Shown here piece by piece: positions 9,353 to 18,510 of a stretch of DNA of 31,164 nt. The stretch is taken from IMG/VR virus record IMGVR_UViG_2713896902_000001. One strand, written 5' to 3'. The notes under the pieces were generated by a model. The model saw only the letters and a program-made list of their open reading frames with translations, was not told the DNA's origin and searched no databases. Source of the DNA: a virus. Lineage: Duplodnaviria; Heunggongvirae; Uroviricota; Caudoviricetes. The translations under genes were made by a program, and so were the position numbers. The stretch's first letter is position 1; every line of letters begins with the position of its first letter.

Positions 9353-10066
9353 ATGGCGACCGCCGGGATTTTAACCATACGTGCAGCAAATACTCCAGAA
9401 CAACACGTTCAGGCTGTTTACAAAGCAGAACAAGATATAAACTCTACAAAAAACGAAAATAGCAAAGCTAATAAAACAAAAGGAGAGAACGGATTTGCTA
9501 TTGTTACCAGTGGACTGGCATCTTCTGGTAATGATGTTTATGAAAATTATATGGCACTGGCCTTTGATAGTGTTGACGATGTGAACGTGAGACGTTCGGC
9601 AGATGTCACAAGCTACCCCGTAGAAAATGGTGCTACTGTGTCTGATCACGTTCAAATTAAAAACAATAAGTTCTCTCTTAAAGGGCGTATCTCTGAAACA
9701 CCGATTAAAAGCGATCCTGGCTTGTTAAAGAGTGCAGGGGTGAACGGGAACAGAAGATCATTGGCTATTGATTATCTGAATCAGATTATGGACAGTAGAC
9801 AGCCTTTTCTTCTTGTTACAGAAAATAAAACTTTTGAGAACGTTGTTTTAACAGGCATCGAATACACAGAAGAGGCAAGCGAATCCCTGGTATTTGATCT
9901 TAGCTTTGAGCAGATCAGGCTCGTTTCGTATGGCACTGTAAACACTGTAGCTATCAAAACACAGCCATCTAAGAACATCGGGGCTAATATGAAAAAACGT
10001 GTTAACACTGAAAAACCAAGTAGTGAAGGTGAAGACACTATTACTCCTGCCTTTAAACAGGAATAG
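9353..10066 (+). CDS. hypothetical protein (237 aa), possibly structural
   Basis: Track ORF; AAGGA RBS; last gene of the rightward operon. Confidence 0.65.
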   Translation: MATAGILTIRAANTPEQHVQAVYKAEQDINSTKNENSKANKTKGENGFAIVTSGLASSGNDVYENYMALAFDSVDDVNVRRSADVTSYPVENGATVSDHVQIKNNKFSLKGRISETPIKSDPGLLKSAGVNGNRRSLAIDYLNQIMDSRQPFLLVTENKTFENVVLTGIEYTEEASESLVFDLSFEQIRLVSYGTVNTVAIKTQPSKNIGANMKKRVNTEKPSSEGEDTITPAFKQE

Positions 10067-10104
10067 CCGTAAATGCCTCTAAAACGCTCTGTAACGATGT
10101 AATT

Positions 10105-10140
10105 ATAAAAGAGGCTACCAACTATGTTGAATCCTCTTTA
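10105..10140. terminator. hairpin between convergent genes (bidirectional terminator candidate)
   Basis: TAAAAGAGGctaccaactatgttgaatCCTCTTTA between the 9353..10066 gene and the minus-strand integrase. Confidence 0.4.
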
Positions 10141-10146
10141 TTGCGT

Positions 10147-11481
10147 CTATGACGTTGTTTTACGCCTTAAATTTGATTTTTTATTGATTGATAAGCCTTT
10201 CTCTATTTCAGGGTAGCGTAGAAGCTCAATATATTTTTTAAGCTCTACTGGAGAAGCTGCATTCTTGCTATATGTGCGGAATGTTTCTGTATTGCCGCGT
10301 GTATGGCCCAGGAGAAGGGCGATCCTGTCTTCTGGAATTTGATTTCGATCAAGAAGCTGTGCTACTCCGTGTCTCAGAGAATGAAACACTTTCCTTTCTG
10401 TTCCCTTTTCCCCTAAAGCCTTTCGTTTAGCTCTTGTAAATCTCTGCGTGTGCCACGTGGAACGTTTACCATCAGCACGCTCTGTAATGCTGGCGTGATA
10501 GAACAAAAAGCCATTATGAGGCTTTTCACGCAGCGACAACACCAACGGAGTGATAAGGCTATGCACAGGAACAAGACGTGCCGCAGCTTTCGTTTTTCCC
10601 TGTGTGATTTCAAAACACAGCACACCTTCGATCTCTTTCACATCGTCTATTGTGAGACTTGCTATCTCATTGATCCGCATACCTGTATAAGCACCGATAA
10701 GACACAAAGCCATCATTTCTTTGTTTTCTGCTGAATCACCGGAAAATACTTGCAACACCTGCAATAGCTCTTTGTTAGAAAATGCCTCATAGCTCTCTCT
10801 ACTTTGTGCCACATCAAGCCTATGCCCTCGCCAGGGGGAGAGCGCCCTTTCTGGCGCATCGTGGTAACGTGATGAAGCTAACTCCCATAGCTGGGCCATT
10901 GGGCTGATATAATTTGCAATTGATTGTTGTGAAAGGGTTTTTTGCATGTGTTCTATCCAGCCTGTAACAGTGGTGCGGCTTACATCTTGCAATGCAATAT
11001 CAGGCTTTTTACGGTAGGAGAGAAACATCTCTACCGCTTTTCTTGCCTTAGCTAAAGTGGCTGGCTTCTTCTTCGTGCTGTTAATTGTCAGGTAGATTTC
11101 AAGAATTTTAAGCAATGACGGACACGAAGACGCTGTATCTTGCATTCTGGTAGCTGTTTTGGCGTATTTAGCCTTACTGCGTAACAGTTCCAGCGTGTTC
11201 TCTATTGTGCTGTTTACAGGAGCGACACTCTCGCGTAAGCAATGGTATTCATCTGCAATCTGATCACGCTTTCTACGTGCAACACGAAGGTTACTTGTAT
11301 GCAGACTCCTGACAAACGTCCTTTTTCCTTCAAAAAAGGGCTGCATATACACAGGCAGCGTGATCCTTAAATAGTAGTTACCGTAAGAATCACAGATTAT
11401 GTATTGATTGGGCTTGTATCTCATAAACTCCCCGGCTAAAGTGTCGGAGCGTTTGTAATGTGAAAATTGATTGTAACGCAT
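10147..11481 (-). CDS. int: tyrosine recombinase / phage-type integrase (444 aa)
   Basis: C-terminal catalytic signature: R in GMRINEI, HSLRHG (H-x-x-R), LLGH, Y in TFRTYSK; N-terminal arm-binding-like region. Confidence 0.85.
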   Translation of the reverse strand: MRYNQFSHYKRSDTLAGEFMRYKPNQYIICDSYGNYYLRITLPVYMQPFFEGKRTFVRSLHTSNLRVARRKRDQIADEYHCLRESVAPVNSTIENTLELLRSKAKYAKTATRMQDTASSCPSLLKILEIYLTINSTKKKPATLAKARKAVEMFLSYRKKPDIALQDVSRTTVTGWIEHMQKTLSQQSIANYISPMAQLWELASSRYHDAPERALSPWRGHRLDVAQSRESYEAFSNKELLQVLQVFSGDSAENKEMMALCLIGAYTGMRINEIASLTIDDVKEIEGVLCFEITQGKTKAAARLVPVHSLITPLVLSLREKPHNGFLFYHASITERADGKRSTWHTQRFTRAKRKALGEKGTERKVFHSLRHGVAQLLDRNQIPEDRIALLLGHTRGNTETFRTYSKNAASPVELKKYIELLRYPEIEKGLSINKKSNLRRKTTS

Positions 11482-11751
11482 AGAAAATGATAATTTTTTC
11501 TATAAGATTCAATCAATTAGTAATGGTCGTAGGTGATGGCATTAACACGAGATTAATCGAGTGTTTTACTCCTATTATCGGCACCATTCAAACATCTCCC
11601 CAAGTCTACTAAAGTCTTTCAAAACCCCTTATAATCCACGTATTAAAGCCCCGTTCGTCTTTTGACGTCTACTAAAGTCCCTCAAAATCTACGGTCAGAT
11701 GGGGGTACTTATGGGGGTATTTGCTGTTCGGTTTAGTGGAGGTACCCCCAA
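11482..11751. promoter_or_regulatory. shared control region between divergent integrase genes with 20-bp direct repeats
   Basis: GTCTACTAAAGTC(T/C)(T/C)TCAAAA twice (about 11605 and 11660); GGGGGTACttatgggggtatttgctgttcggtttagtggagGTACCCCC inverted repeat just before the int start; partly duplicated near 30794-31035. Confidence 0.4.
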
Positions 11752-12966
11752 GTGAAACTCAATGCCCGTCAAATAGACACAGCCAAGCCAAAAGAGAAGG
11801 CTTACAAGCTGGCCGATGGTGGCGGTTTGTATCTCTTGGTAAAACCTAATGGAGGTAAATACTGGCGACTTAAATATCGTGTAGCTGGTAAAGAGAAGCT
11901 ATTGGCACTAGGTGTGTATCCTGAGGTTACTCTAGCCGATGCTCGGGCAAAACGTGAAGATGCGAAAAGAGGTATCGCTGGTGGTATCGATCCGATGGAA
12001 GCGAAACGAGAGGAAAAGATTGCCCGGGAAACGCAGTTAAACAACACCTTCAAAGATATTGCCCTTGAGTGGCACAGCAGCAAATTAAAAAAATGGTCTG
12101 CTGGTTATGCTTCAGACATCCTCGAAGCCTTCAACAAAGATGTGTTCCCTTACATTGGCAAAAAACCAATCGCCGAAATCAAACCACTTGAACTTCTGAA
12201 TGTGCTGCGGCGCATCGAGGGGCGCGGTGCGACAGAAAAAGCCAAAAAAGTGAGGCAGCGGTGCGGGGAAGTTTTCCGCTATGCAATAGTCACTGGTCGC
12301 GCAGAGTATAACCCTGCACCAGACCTTACTAGCGCGATGCAAGGCCATGAATCTAATCATTACCCTTTCCTTACGACCAAAGAATTACCTGATTTTTTCA
12401 AGGCATTGTCCAGTTACTCAGGAAGCGCATTGGTTGTTATGGCGGCTCGTCTACTGATTATCACCGGCTTGCGAACTGGCGAACTACGTGGCGCATTATG
12501 GGATGAAATTGATTTCAACAAGGCTATATGGGAGATACCCGCTTCACGTATGAAAATGCGGCGGCCTCATATTGTGCCATTGTCTGAGCAGGCTCTTTCG
12601 CTTATTGGGAAGATTAGAGAAATAACAGGCAATTACCCTCTTATGTTTCCCGGGCGCAATGATCCAAGGAAAACAATGAGTGAGGCCAGCATAAACCAAG
12701 TGTTTAAGCGCATTGGCTACGCTGGACGTGTAACTGGTCATGGGTTCCGGCACACTATGAGTACGATTTTGCATGAGCAGGGCTATAACACTGCGTGGAT
12801 AGAAACACAGCTCGCTCACGTTGATAAGAACTCAATTCGTGGCACATACAACCATGCGCAATATCTGGATGGAAGGCGGGAGATGCTTCAATGGTATGCC
12901 GACTATATGGATGCGCTGGAGAAGGAGGAGAACGTTGTTCATGGTTCGTTTGGGAAACGAGCTTGA
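11752..12966 (+). CDS. int: P4-type tyrosine integrase (404 aa)
   Basis: GTG start with GGAGGT RBS; N-terminal arm-binding domain motif GGGLYLLVKPNGGKYWRLKYR; C-terminal catalytic residues (GLRTGEL, HGFRHT, Y in RGTYNH). Confidence 0.9.
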   Translation: MKLNARQIDTAKPKEKAYKLADGGGLYLLVKPNGGKYWRLKYRVAGKEKLLALGVYPEVTLADARAKREDAKRGIAGGIDPMEAKREEKIARETQLNNTFKDIALEWHSSKLKKWSAGYASDILEAFNKDVFPYIGKKPIAEIKPLELLNVLRRIEGRGATEKAKKVRQRCGEVFRYAIVTGRAEYNPAPDLTSAMQGHESNHYPFLTTKELPDFFKALSSYSGSALVVMAARLLIITGLRTGELRGALWDEIDFNKAIWEIPASRMKMRRPHIVPLSEQALSLIGKIREITGNYPLMFPGRNDPRKTMSEASINQVFKRIGYAGRVTGHGFRHTMSTILHEQGYNTAWIETQLAHVDKNSIRGTYNHAQYLDGRREMLQWYADYMDALEKEENVVHGSFGKRA

Positions 12967-13100
12967 CTGTATGAATAGACAGTGTCAAGCAATGGTAGTA
13001 GACTTATGTAGACGAACAAAGAATAGGCTATGTCTAGGCTGATCCCCGAAAACCCGTACACCCCTACGGGCTGGCATAGCCGTCAGAATTAGGGGCGCGG
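12967..13100. other. nested hairpin structures downstream of int (terminator or structured RNA/att-like element)
   Basis: GCTTGACtgtatgaatagacagtGTCAAGC, then GGCTATG...CCCGTAcacccctACGGG...CATAGCC nested stems. Confidence 0.3.
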
Positions 13101-13108
13101 GGTGGCGT

Positions 13109-13990
13109 ATGGTGAGAGCCAAAAAACAAGATTTAGCATGGTTTGATATTAATAATTATGAATTTTTAAATGATTTAACCTTGCCGGACTTGATTCAAGA
13201 ATTAGAGTGGCGTGATTTTTTATTGCGTCATGCAAAAGATGACACTGCTATATTCAAAGAAGAGTACGATATAAAATATGAAAGAATTTTTTCGGGCGAT
13301 CCTAACCTAACCATTCTCAATGAAGAAGAGGAAGAGGTTGAAGAATTTATTCGCAAAGTAAATGATGAAGCCCCATCATTAAGAAATGAGTACGATGATC
13401 TTCCCTCATTATCTTCAGCTATGGGGGTTAGTCCAGTAACATTTTCAGAGCTGGCTATGTACTCTTTCTCATCGATAGATCAAGGCTTTTTTAAAAGAGA
13501 CGAAGAGGATTGCTACCTCAAGGCAAACGCTATGCTTGCGAGTGTTACTGGAAACCTAAGTAATTGTTCCCCTAACATCATACTCGTTTCTATAGATTTA
13601 GATGACGCCACTGATGACGAAATTATTACCAGCCTGACTCACCTTCTACCTCTATGGCGAAAAGAGTTAAAAGTACCAGAGAGAGAGCATGTCGCTCAGA
13701 AAAGGATTGGATTAAAGACCCTCCAGAAGTTGATATCTAATAGAGTGATACCTATTGTTGATCTGCTGATTTGGGGTGAGAAGTCAGGTAAGGAAGTGAG
13801 CAATCCGATGATTTCTGCCTTGGTTTTTAGTGATGATCCGAAAGATACGCAGGCTATTAAGGAATCAATAAAGCCTTTTGCACTTGAATCCATAAGCGAG
13901 AGATACACCCGCTTGCTTCAGCTTTATGTAAACAAAGACAGAGAAATGAGCTTGATAAAAATATCTGATTTAATGAGTAGAGATTTATAG
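13109..13990 (+). CDS. hypothetical protein (293 aa), AT-rich cargo gene between int and alpA
   Basis: Track ORF; visibly lower GC than flanking int and alpA; acidic runs (NEEEEEVEEF, DLDDATDDEI); no recognisable catalytic motif by eye. Confidence 0.7.
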   Translation: MVRAKKQDLAWFDINNYEFLNDLTLPDLIQELEWRDFLLRHAKDDTAIFKEEYDIKYERIFSGDPNLTILNEEEEEVEEFIRKVNDEAPSLRNEYDDLPSLSSAMGVSPVTFSELAMYSFSSIDQGFFKRDEEDCYLKANAMLASVTGNLSNCSPNIILVSIDLDDATDDEIITSLTHLLPLWRKELKVPEREHVAQKRIGLKTLQKLISNRVIPIVDLLIWGEKSGKEVSNPMISALVFSDDPKDTQAIKESIKPFALESISERYTRLLQLYVNKDREMSLIKISDLMSRDL

Positions 13991-14034
13991 CAAGCAAAAT
14001 CCTACGTAAACGTTTTAAGTAAATTTCGCGATTT

Positions 14035-14069
14035 CCGCTTTGAATACGCTACTGTGTATTTCAAAGCGG
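14035..14069. promoter_or_regulatory. perfect 10-bp inverted repeat CCGCTTTGAA / TTCAAAGCGG (operator or terminator) between the cargo gene and alpA
   Basis: Read directly; not followed by a clear T-run, so operator favoured over terminator. Confidence 0.3.
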
Positions 14070-14187
14070 ATAATCTTCTCAAAAAAATATTTTATTTTTA
14101 TCCGCTATCACCCACTCACCTGTTTGTTTAATCTCCTTTCTGTCTACTGATGTCCATTAAAGAAGATGACAGAATATAGGAGTAAAC

Positions 14188-14385
14188 ATGTCTCAATCAT
14201 TTATTCGTCTTTCTGAGGTTCAACGCCGTACTGGTTACAGCAAAGCGTGGATTTATCGGCTCATCAAAGAACAGCGATTCCCTCAATCTGTAAAGATTGG
14301 AAGCCGATCAATTGCGTTTATTGAAAGTGAAATTGAAGAATGGATTAATCAGCGCATCGCTGAGTCGCGTGGCGAGGTAGCGTAA
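14188..14385 (+). CDS. alpA: AlpA/Vis-family phage transcriptional regulator (65 aa)
   Basis: HTH pattern LSEVQRRTGYSKAWIYRLIKEQRFP...IESEIEEWINQR typical of AlpA-family proteins; position after int as in P4-like and PICI-like islands. Confidence 0.85.
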   Translation: MSQSFIRLSEVQRRTGYSKAWIYRLIKEQRFPQSVKIGSRSIAFIESEIEEWINQRIAESRGEVA

Positions 14386-14816
14386 TGAATAAGAAAAACC
14401 GCCCATTACAGGCGGCTAATTCAGATATTCGCGTATCTGATGTTACGCCCCTTACAAAATCCCTTCAAGCACCAAAGCGCACACCGAAAAAGCATCGTGC
14501 CAGAGTCTATATGCTGCGTACTGGTATAGAGGGATGGACAGAAAATGACATTCTTCGCTACTGCCGTCTGTCTTCTGGTCGTAACTATGCAACAGAGTTA
14601 GAACGCCAGCTTGGAATCACTCTGGAGCGTATCGACGAAAAGAATCCTGATGGTATCGGAACACACCTTCGCTACCGTTTCTCCTGCCGTGGTGATGTTC
14701 TGAAAGTGATCACTCATGTTAACCATCTTGCGAACATAAATGATCACAACGGACTTTCTCAGCAGGAAATTGCCGACATTCTGAAACTCTACCCGGACGC
14801 GTTTAACGCCGCCTAA
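14385..14816 (+). CDS. hypothetical protein (143 aa)
   Basis: Track ORF; ATG overlaps the alpA stop (translational coupling). Confidence 0.6.
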   Translation: MNKKNRPLQAANSDIRVSDVTPLTKSLQAPKRTPKKHRARVYMLRTGIEGWTENDILRYCRLSSGRNYATELERQLGITLERIDEKNPDGIGTHLRYRFSCRGDVLKVITHVNHLANINDHNGLSQQEIADILKLYPDAFNAA

Positions 14817-14828
14817 CGGAGACTGAAA

Positions 14829-15662
14829 ATGAACATCGAAAAAAGCAGATTAATTTCTGAGGCCGCCCCTCATCTGAACGCCTCTCTGGGCACAATTAAC
14901 GGTAATGAATTTGCCGCAATTGTCCCGGTTATTCCTGGTCATATCGGTGGGCGTGAAACCAATATTGTTAGCGCAAAAGCGTTACACAAAGCGTTGGGCG
15001 TGGGAAAAGACTTCTCTACATGGATCACTGATCGCATCTCTGAATATGACTTCACCATTGGGCACGATTACTCAGTCCATAAAACAATTTCCCCAAATTT
15101 GGGGAAAAGCCCGAATGGCGCGGCTTACAGCAAGATTAAGCAGTCTGGCAGACCCGGCAAAGACTATCTGTTAAGTGTCGGAATGGCGAAAGAACTGGCA
15201 ATGATCGAACGCAATGATCAGGGTCGCGCTATCCGTCGTTATTTCATCCAGTGCGAGGAAGAATTACAGCGTAGCGTGCCTGAAATCGCCGCCCGCTATC
15301 GTCGCCAGCTAAAAGCCCGTATCAGTGCCGCAAACAACTTTAAGCCAATGTGCGATGCGCTGAATATGGCCCGTGCCGAGCAGGGGAAAACGACGCAGCA
15401 ACACCACTACACAAACGAGAGCAATATGATTTCTCGTATCGTTCTTGGAGGGCTAACTGCTAAGCAGTGGGCGCGGATAAATGGCTATTCTGGCGAACCT
15501 CGCGACCATATGAACGCAGAACAGCTTGAGCACCTCTCATATCTCGAAAGCACCAATATCACGTTAATTGATATGGGCATGGAATATGAGCAACGTAAAG
15601 GAGAACTCACCCGCCTGTCGCAACGCTGGCTCGCCAAGCGTCTGGAGGCGGTCCATGTTTAA
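14829..15662 (+). CDS. hypothetical protein (277 aa), possibly phage regulatory/antirepressor-like; family not assigned
   Basis: Track ORF; GGAG RBS; placed in the regulatory block between alpA and the primase. Confidence 0.65.
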   Translation: MNIEKSRLISEAAPHLNASLGTINGNEFAAIVPVIPGHIGGRETNIVSAKALHKALGVGKDFSTWITDRISEYDFTIGHDYSVHKTISPNLGKSPNGAAYSKIKQSGRPGKDYLLSVGMAKELAMIERNDQGRAIRRYFIQCEEELQRSVPEIAARYRRQLKARISAANNFKPMCDALNMARAEQGKTTQQHHYTNESNMISRIVLGGLTAKQWARINGYSGEPRDHMNAEQLEHLSYLESTNITLIDMGMEYEQRKGELTRLSQRWLAKRLEAVHV

Positions 15663-15837
15663 GCCGACAGGAACACCACAACCTCAAAAACGCTACAAAG
15701 ATGCCCACGGAGCACTCGTTACTGTCGAAAGCGTGTCTCACAACCGAGTGACGTTTTATCGCGACGGGTATCAATCGCCATGCGTACAACCGCTGGCGCG
15801 CTTCATGAAGGAGTTCGCGGAGGTTAACAAATGCTAA
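15655..15837 (+). CDS. hypothetical small protein (60 aa)
   Basis: ATG 15655 with GGAGG RBS overlapping the upstream stop; internal start of track ORF 15568..15837. Confidence 0.4.
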   Translation: MFKPTGTPQPQKRYKDAHGALVTVESVSHNRVTFYRDGYQSPCVQPLARFMKEFAEVNKC

Positions 15838-16898
15838 CCGTCCAGAAGAAGATATTTTCACTGGCTGGTATGTCACCAAAATCCAGCAATATGACAGCAA
15901 AGTCTGGCATTAATACAGCAGATACAAGCAAAGTTTATCATTTTCTGGTGGTAGGAGCGGATGCCTTAACTATGTCAGAAATTACGGTCGATGGTGTTAG
16001 CGTTGAGAAGGTCAGCGGCTGCGCCAGAGAATTTCTGGTCGTAGATGGCTTTCTCTGCTCGCGTAGTGACTCCACAAAAACCTTCGTCCATACGCGCGAC
16101 GTTAACGAAATGAGCGCGATGTATTGTGCATCTGGTGCTTCCAATAGTGAGTTTTCGGAGTCCATAAAAAAGAGCTTGCCGTTATGCGGCAACACGGTTT
16201 ATGGTTATAAGGCACCTCATAAAACGGGTGCCGGGATTGGCGTCCTGAAAATTCTGAAGGCGACATATGACGCGCCGAGCGTCTTTTTTTATGTCGTAGG
16301 TCTGACTCACCCATTTTTTGGGCGTTGGTGTATAATCCAGCGCCTTTGTCAATCAATGGTGGCTCAGGCGGGGGCTTCTTCGGAAGCGCCGGTATCCTTC
16401 AGAGCCGGTTACGCCAACCCTGTCTGGGCTACCACCAGCGAAATTGGCGTTTCCGGTGGTAGCGTAACCTGCTATCTGAAGGAGGCTGCCACATGCTGGC
16501 TACTACCCCTACCCAAAAACCGCAATTTATCTGGATTATCGCCGCAGTTCGCCGCGATTGCCCGACAATTACCGCCAAAATTCATCATATTGCTGCCGAG
16601 TCTGAACGCGATGCTCGCCGTTCTCTGGTGCGCGATCACGTCTGCTTTTTTGCTGGTCGTATCCGCATGGAGGTGGCACATGATTAAAACCTACGATGTG
16701 CATATGGATCCCCTCGAACGCACAAGCCAGATCATCACACTGACAGAAGTGATTAATGACATTCTGGTGAGCAACTCTCCCTCACGAGACGAAAAACTGA
16801 AGGCGTTACTCGCGATATTGGATCTCGCCGTTCGTGACGTTCATTTCCTGCTGGAAGGTGGCGAAATGCCAGGAAAAACGGGGGCAACCAATGAATAA
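15831..16898 (+). CDS. long ORF of uncertain authenticity (355 aa); the 3' part probably corresponds to separate small genes
   Basis: No stop in this frame, but a well-supported 64-aa gene (16493..16687) is embedded in another frame and a strong internal RBS/ATG sits at 16680; composition looks atypical (Cys/Trp-rich). Confidence 0.3.
   Translation: MLTVQKKIFSLAGMSPKSSNMTAKSGINTADTSKVYHFLVVGADALTMSEITVDGVSVEKVSGCAREFLVVDGFLCSRSDSTKTFVHTRDVNEMSAMYCASGASNSEFSESIKKSLPLCGNTVYGYKAPHKTGAGIGVLKILKATYDAPSVFFYVVGLTHPFFGRWCIIQRLCQSMVAQAGASSEAPVSFRAGYANPVWATTSEIGVSGGSVTCYLKEAATCWLLPLPKNRNLSGLSPQFAAIARQLPPKFIILLPSLNAMLAVLWCAITSAFLLVVSAWRWHMIKTYDVHMDPLERTSQIITLTEVINDILVSNSPSRDEKLKALLAILDLAVRDVHFLLEGGEMPGKTGATNE
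16493..16687 (+). CDS. hypothetical small protein (64 aa)
   Basis: Track ORF; AAGGAGG RBS 8 nt upstream of ATG. Confidence 0.4.
   Translation: MLATTPTQKPQFIWIIAAVRRDCPTITAKIHHIAAESERDARRSLVRDHVCFFAGRIRMEVAHD
16680..16898 (+). CDS. hypothetical small protein (72 aa)
   Basis: GGAGG RBS then ATG 16680 overlapping the stop of 16493..16687; same frame as the long ORF. Confidence 0.4.
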   Translation: MIKTYDVHMDPLERTSQIITLTEVINDILVSNSPSRDEKLKALLAILDLAVRDVHFLLEGGEMPGKTGATNE

Positions 16899-17085
16899 CT
16901 CAATTAATGCCCCTCGACTTACGTCCGCACTTCAATTAATCGAGCAAGCAGCGGCTGTCCTGGTTGCTGTCAGTCTTTCGGCTGAAGAAATGGACGCTGC
17001 TGATGTCGTGGATGCGATTAAAGCGTGCTCATCTTTGGTTAACGATGCTCGTGCAGAGCTGGTAATTCTTGGGGGTGAAAAATGA
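16891..17085 (+). CDS. hypothetical small protein (64 aa)
   Basis: Internal ATG of track ORF 16834..17085; ATGAATAA overlap with the upstream stop. Confidence 0.5.
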   Translation: MNNSINAPRLTSALQLIEQAAAVLVAVSLSAEEMDAADVVDAIKACSSLVNDARAELVILGGEK

Positions 17086-17345
17086 ATATCAACTTAATTT
17101 ATCGTCATCCGTGTGAGCTGGAAATTGAATCATTGCTGAGCCGTGAAGAGCCATATCCAGACACATTCACTCTTGCAGATCGCACGACTGAACGGCTTAC
17201 CAGAGCGCGCACAGGTCTGGTTCATGTGATGAATGAGATTCTTCCATCGGTGGGAGGGGAACAGGCGACAGTAATCACTAGCTGGCTACAAAAAGTTACC
17301 TCTCTGATAGATATCAGTTTAATCGATGCGGAGAGTGCGAAATGA
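17082..17345 (+). CDS. hypothetical small protein (87 aa)
   Basis: Track ORF; ATGA start/stop overlap. Confidence 0.55.
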   Translation: MNINLIYRHPCELEIESLLSREEPYPDTFTLADRTTERLTRARTGLVHVMNEILPSVGGEQATVITSWLQKVTSLIDISLIDAESAK

Positions 17346-17563
17346 CCAACATCCAGCTCATTGAAGCACAATGTCGCATCGAACAGGTTCAGACTGTTTT
17401 AGGGTTCTGGCTTGAAGGGGCCAGCCCCAGCAACAGAGACAAGTTAATGATTGGCGCGGTTATGTCACTGCTCAATGGCGTACCAGAAGCTATTCAGGAA
17501 GCAGACGAATTGTTGGGCAAATATGAGTTACAGAATCATTCAGGCGAGGCGAAACATGAATAA
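17342..17563 (+). CDS. hypothetical small protein (73 aa)
   Basis: Track ORF; ATGA overlap. Confidence 0.55.
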   Translation: MTNIQLIEAQCRIEQVQTVLGFWLEGASPSNRDKLMIGAVMSLLNGVPEAIQEADELLGKYELQNHSGEAKHE

Positions 17564-17780
17564 TTTCTTAACTTTCCATGCAGAAGCAACGCCTGACGGC
17601 GTAAACATCATGTATCGCAGCAACGATGGCATGACAGAACGCGTTGAGGCCGTCTCATATATTGATGCCGTAAATCGTCTGGATGCCGGGGATTATGACG
17701 ATAAACCAGATGAAGGTATGTCAATACATCTCGCTATTGCCGATGGCGGCAACCAGGGATATTTCGATTACACATCATAG
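17556..17780 (+). CDS. hypothetical small protein (74 aa)
   Basis: Internal ATG of track ORF 17451..17780; ATGAATAA overlap with upstream stop. Confidence 0.5.
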   Translation: MNNFLTFHAEATPDGVNIMYRSNDGMTERVEAVSYIDAVNRLDAGDYDDKPDEGMSIHLAIADGGNQGYFDYTS

Positions 17781-17792
17781 CATAACGTCATT

Positions 17793-18158
17793 ATGTGGAG
17801 ATGGCTGATCGCAACAGTATTCATGCTGGAAATGAGAGAGGAAAACGGCACTGTCAGTATCATTGATGATACTGGCAATCCTTCCGAAGTGGCTGTTTAT
17901 TCCAACGGCATCGTCGCCATACCGCTGTATCCAGTAGCAGAGCGCCTCGCTATGGCAAACAACATTGAGGGCGCGATGATAGAACGTTTTGGCATCGAGT
18001 CTGGCACAGAACGCGCCATCATTTTCTACAGAGCCATGATGGATGTGGAACAAGGAGCACTGACTCCATTTGGTCGTGAAACGCTTGCTGAACTTCACAA
18101 CAGCTTTATAGCTGAACTGAATGAAAACGGCATGCCAGCGGAACCAGTGACGCACTGA
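17793..18158 (+). CDS. hypothetical protein (121 aa)
   Basis: Track ORF; start uncertain (alternative ATG about 17826). Confidence 0.5.
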   Translation: MWRWLIATVFMLEMREENGTVSIIDDTGNPSEVAVYSNGIVAIPLYPVAERLAMANNIEGAMIERFGIESGTERAIIFYRAMMDVEQGALTPFGRETLAELHNSFIAELNENGMPAEPVTH

Positions 18159-18168
18159 GGATGGAACC

Positions 18169-18510
18169 ATGATTACTAAAAATTTCCGACTGAATGCGCT
18201 GGCAAATAAGTATGCGTCGGCACTGTATAACCACATTACCTCCACCAGCGGCGGGGACTATTTCATGGTTGATGCGGACGGCGAGGCCGTACGTGTGGAA
18301 ATCGTCAATGGAGTAAAAGGCGTTCGCAGCCTGATCGATAGCTACACACTGGCAGCCATGAAAGTGTTCTACCCGCAGTGGGAAACCGTGGGGATCGAGC
18401 TTCTTGAGCGTTGCGTCACTAAGGACGGATTGACTGACGTCGGGCGTGAGATATGGCAAAGCATGGTTAATGACATGGGCGCAACTGTAGCGGGAGGTTC
18501 TCATGCGTGA
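18169..18510 (+). CDS. hypothetical protein (113 aa)
   Basis: Track ORF; GAGGATGG RBS. Confidence 0.6.
   Translation: MITKNFRLNALANKYASALYNHITSTSGGDYFMVDADGEAVRVEIVNGVKGVRSLIDSYTLAAMKVFYPQWETVGIELLERCVTKDGLTDVGREIWQSMVNDMGATVAGGSHA

Larger units (their letters stand above)
290..11481. mobile_element. AT-rich integrative element (serine recombinase, repeat-rich ori-like region, structural-type operon, tyrosine integrase); left boundary not determinable
   Basis: Gene content and composition; integrase at the right edge; no att repeats identified. Confidence 0.4.

Noticed and set aside
11752-12966. Calling the island phage P4 itself
   Set aside because: Only the integrase, alpA and alpha-like primase match P4 organisation; no sid/delta/psu-like genes recognised and the iteron sequence differs, so only P4-like / satellite-type is supported
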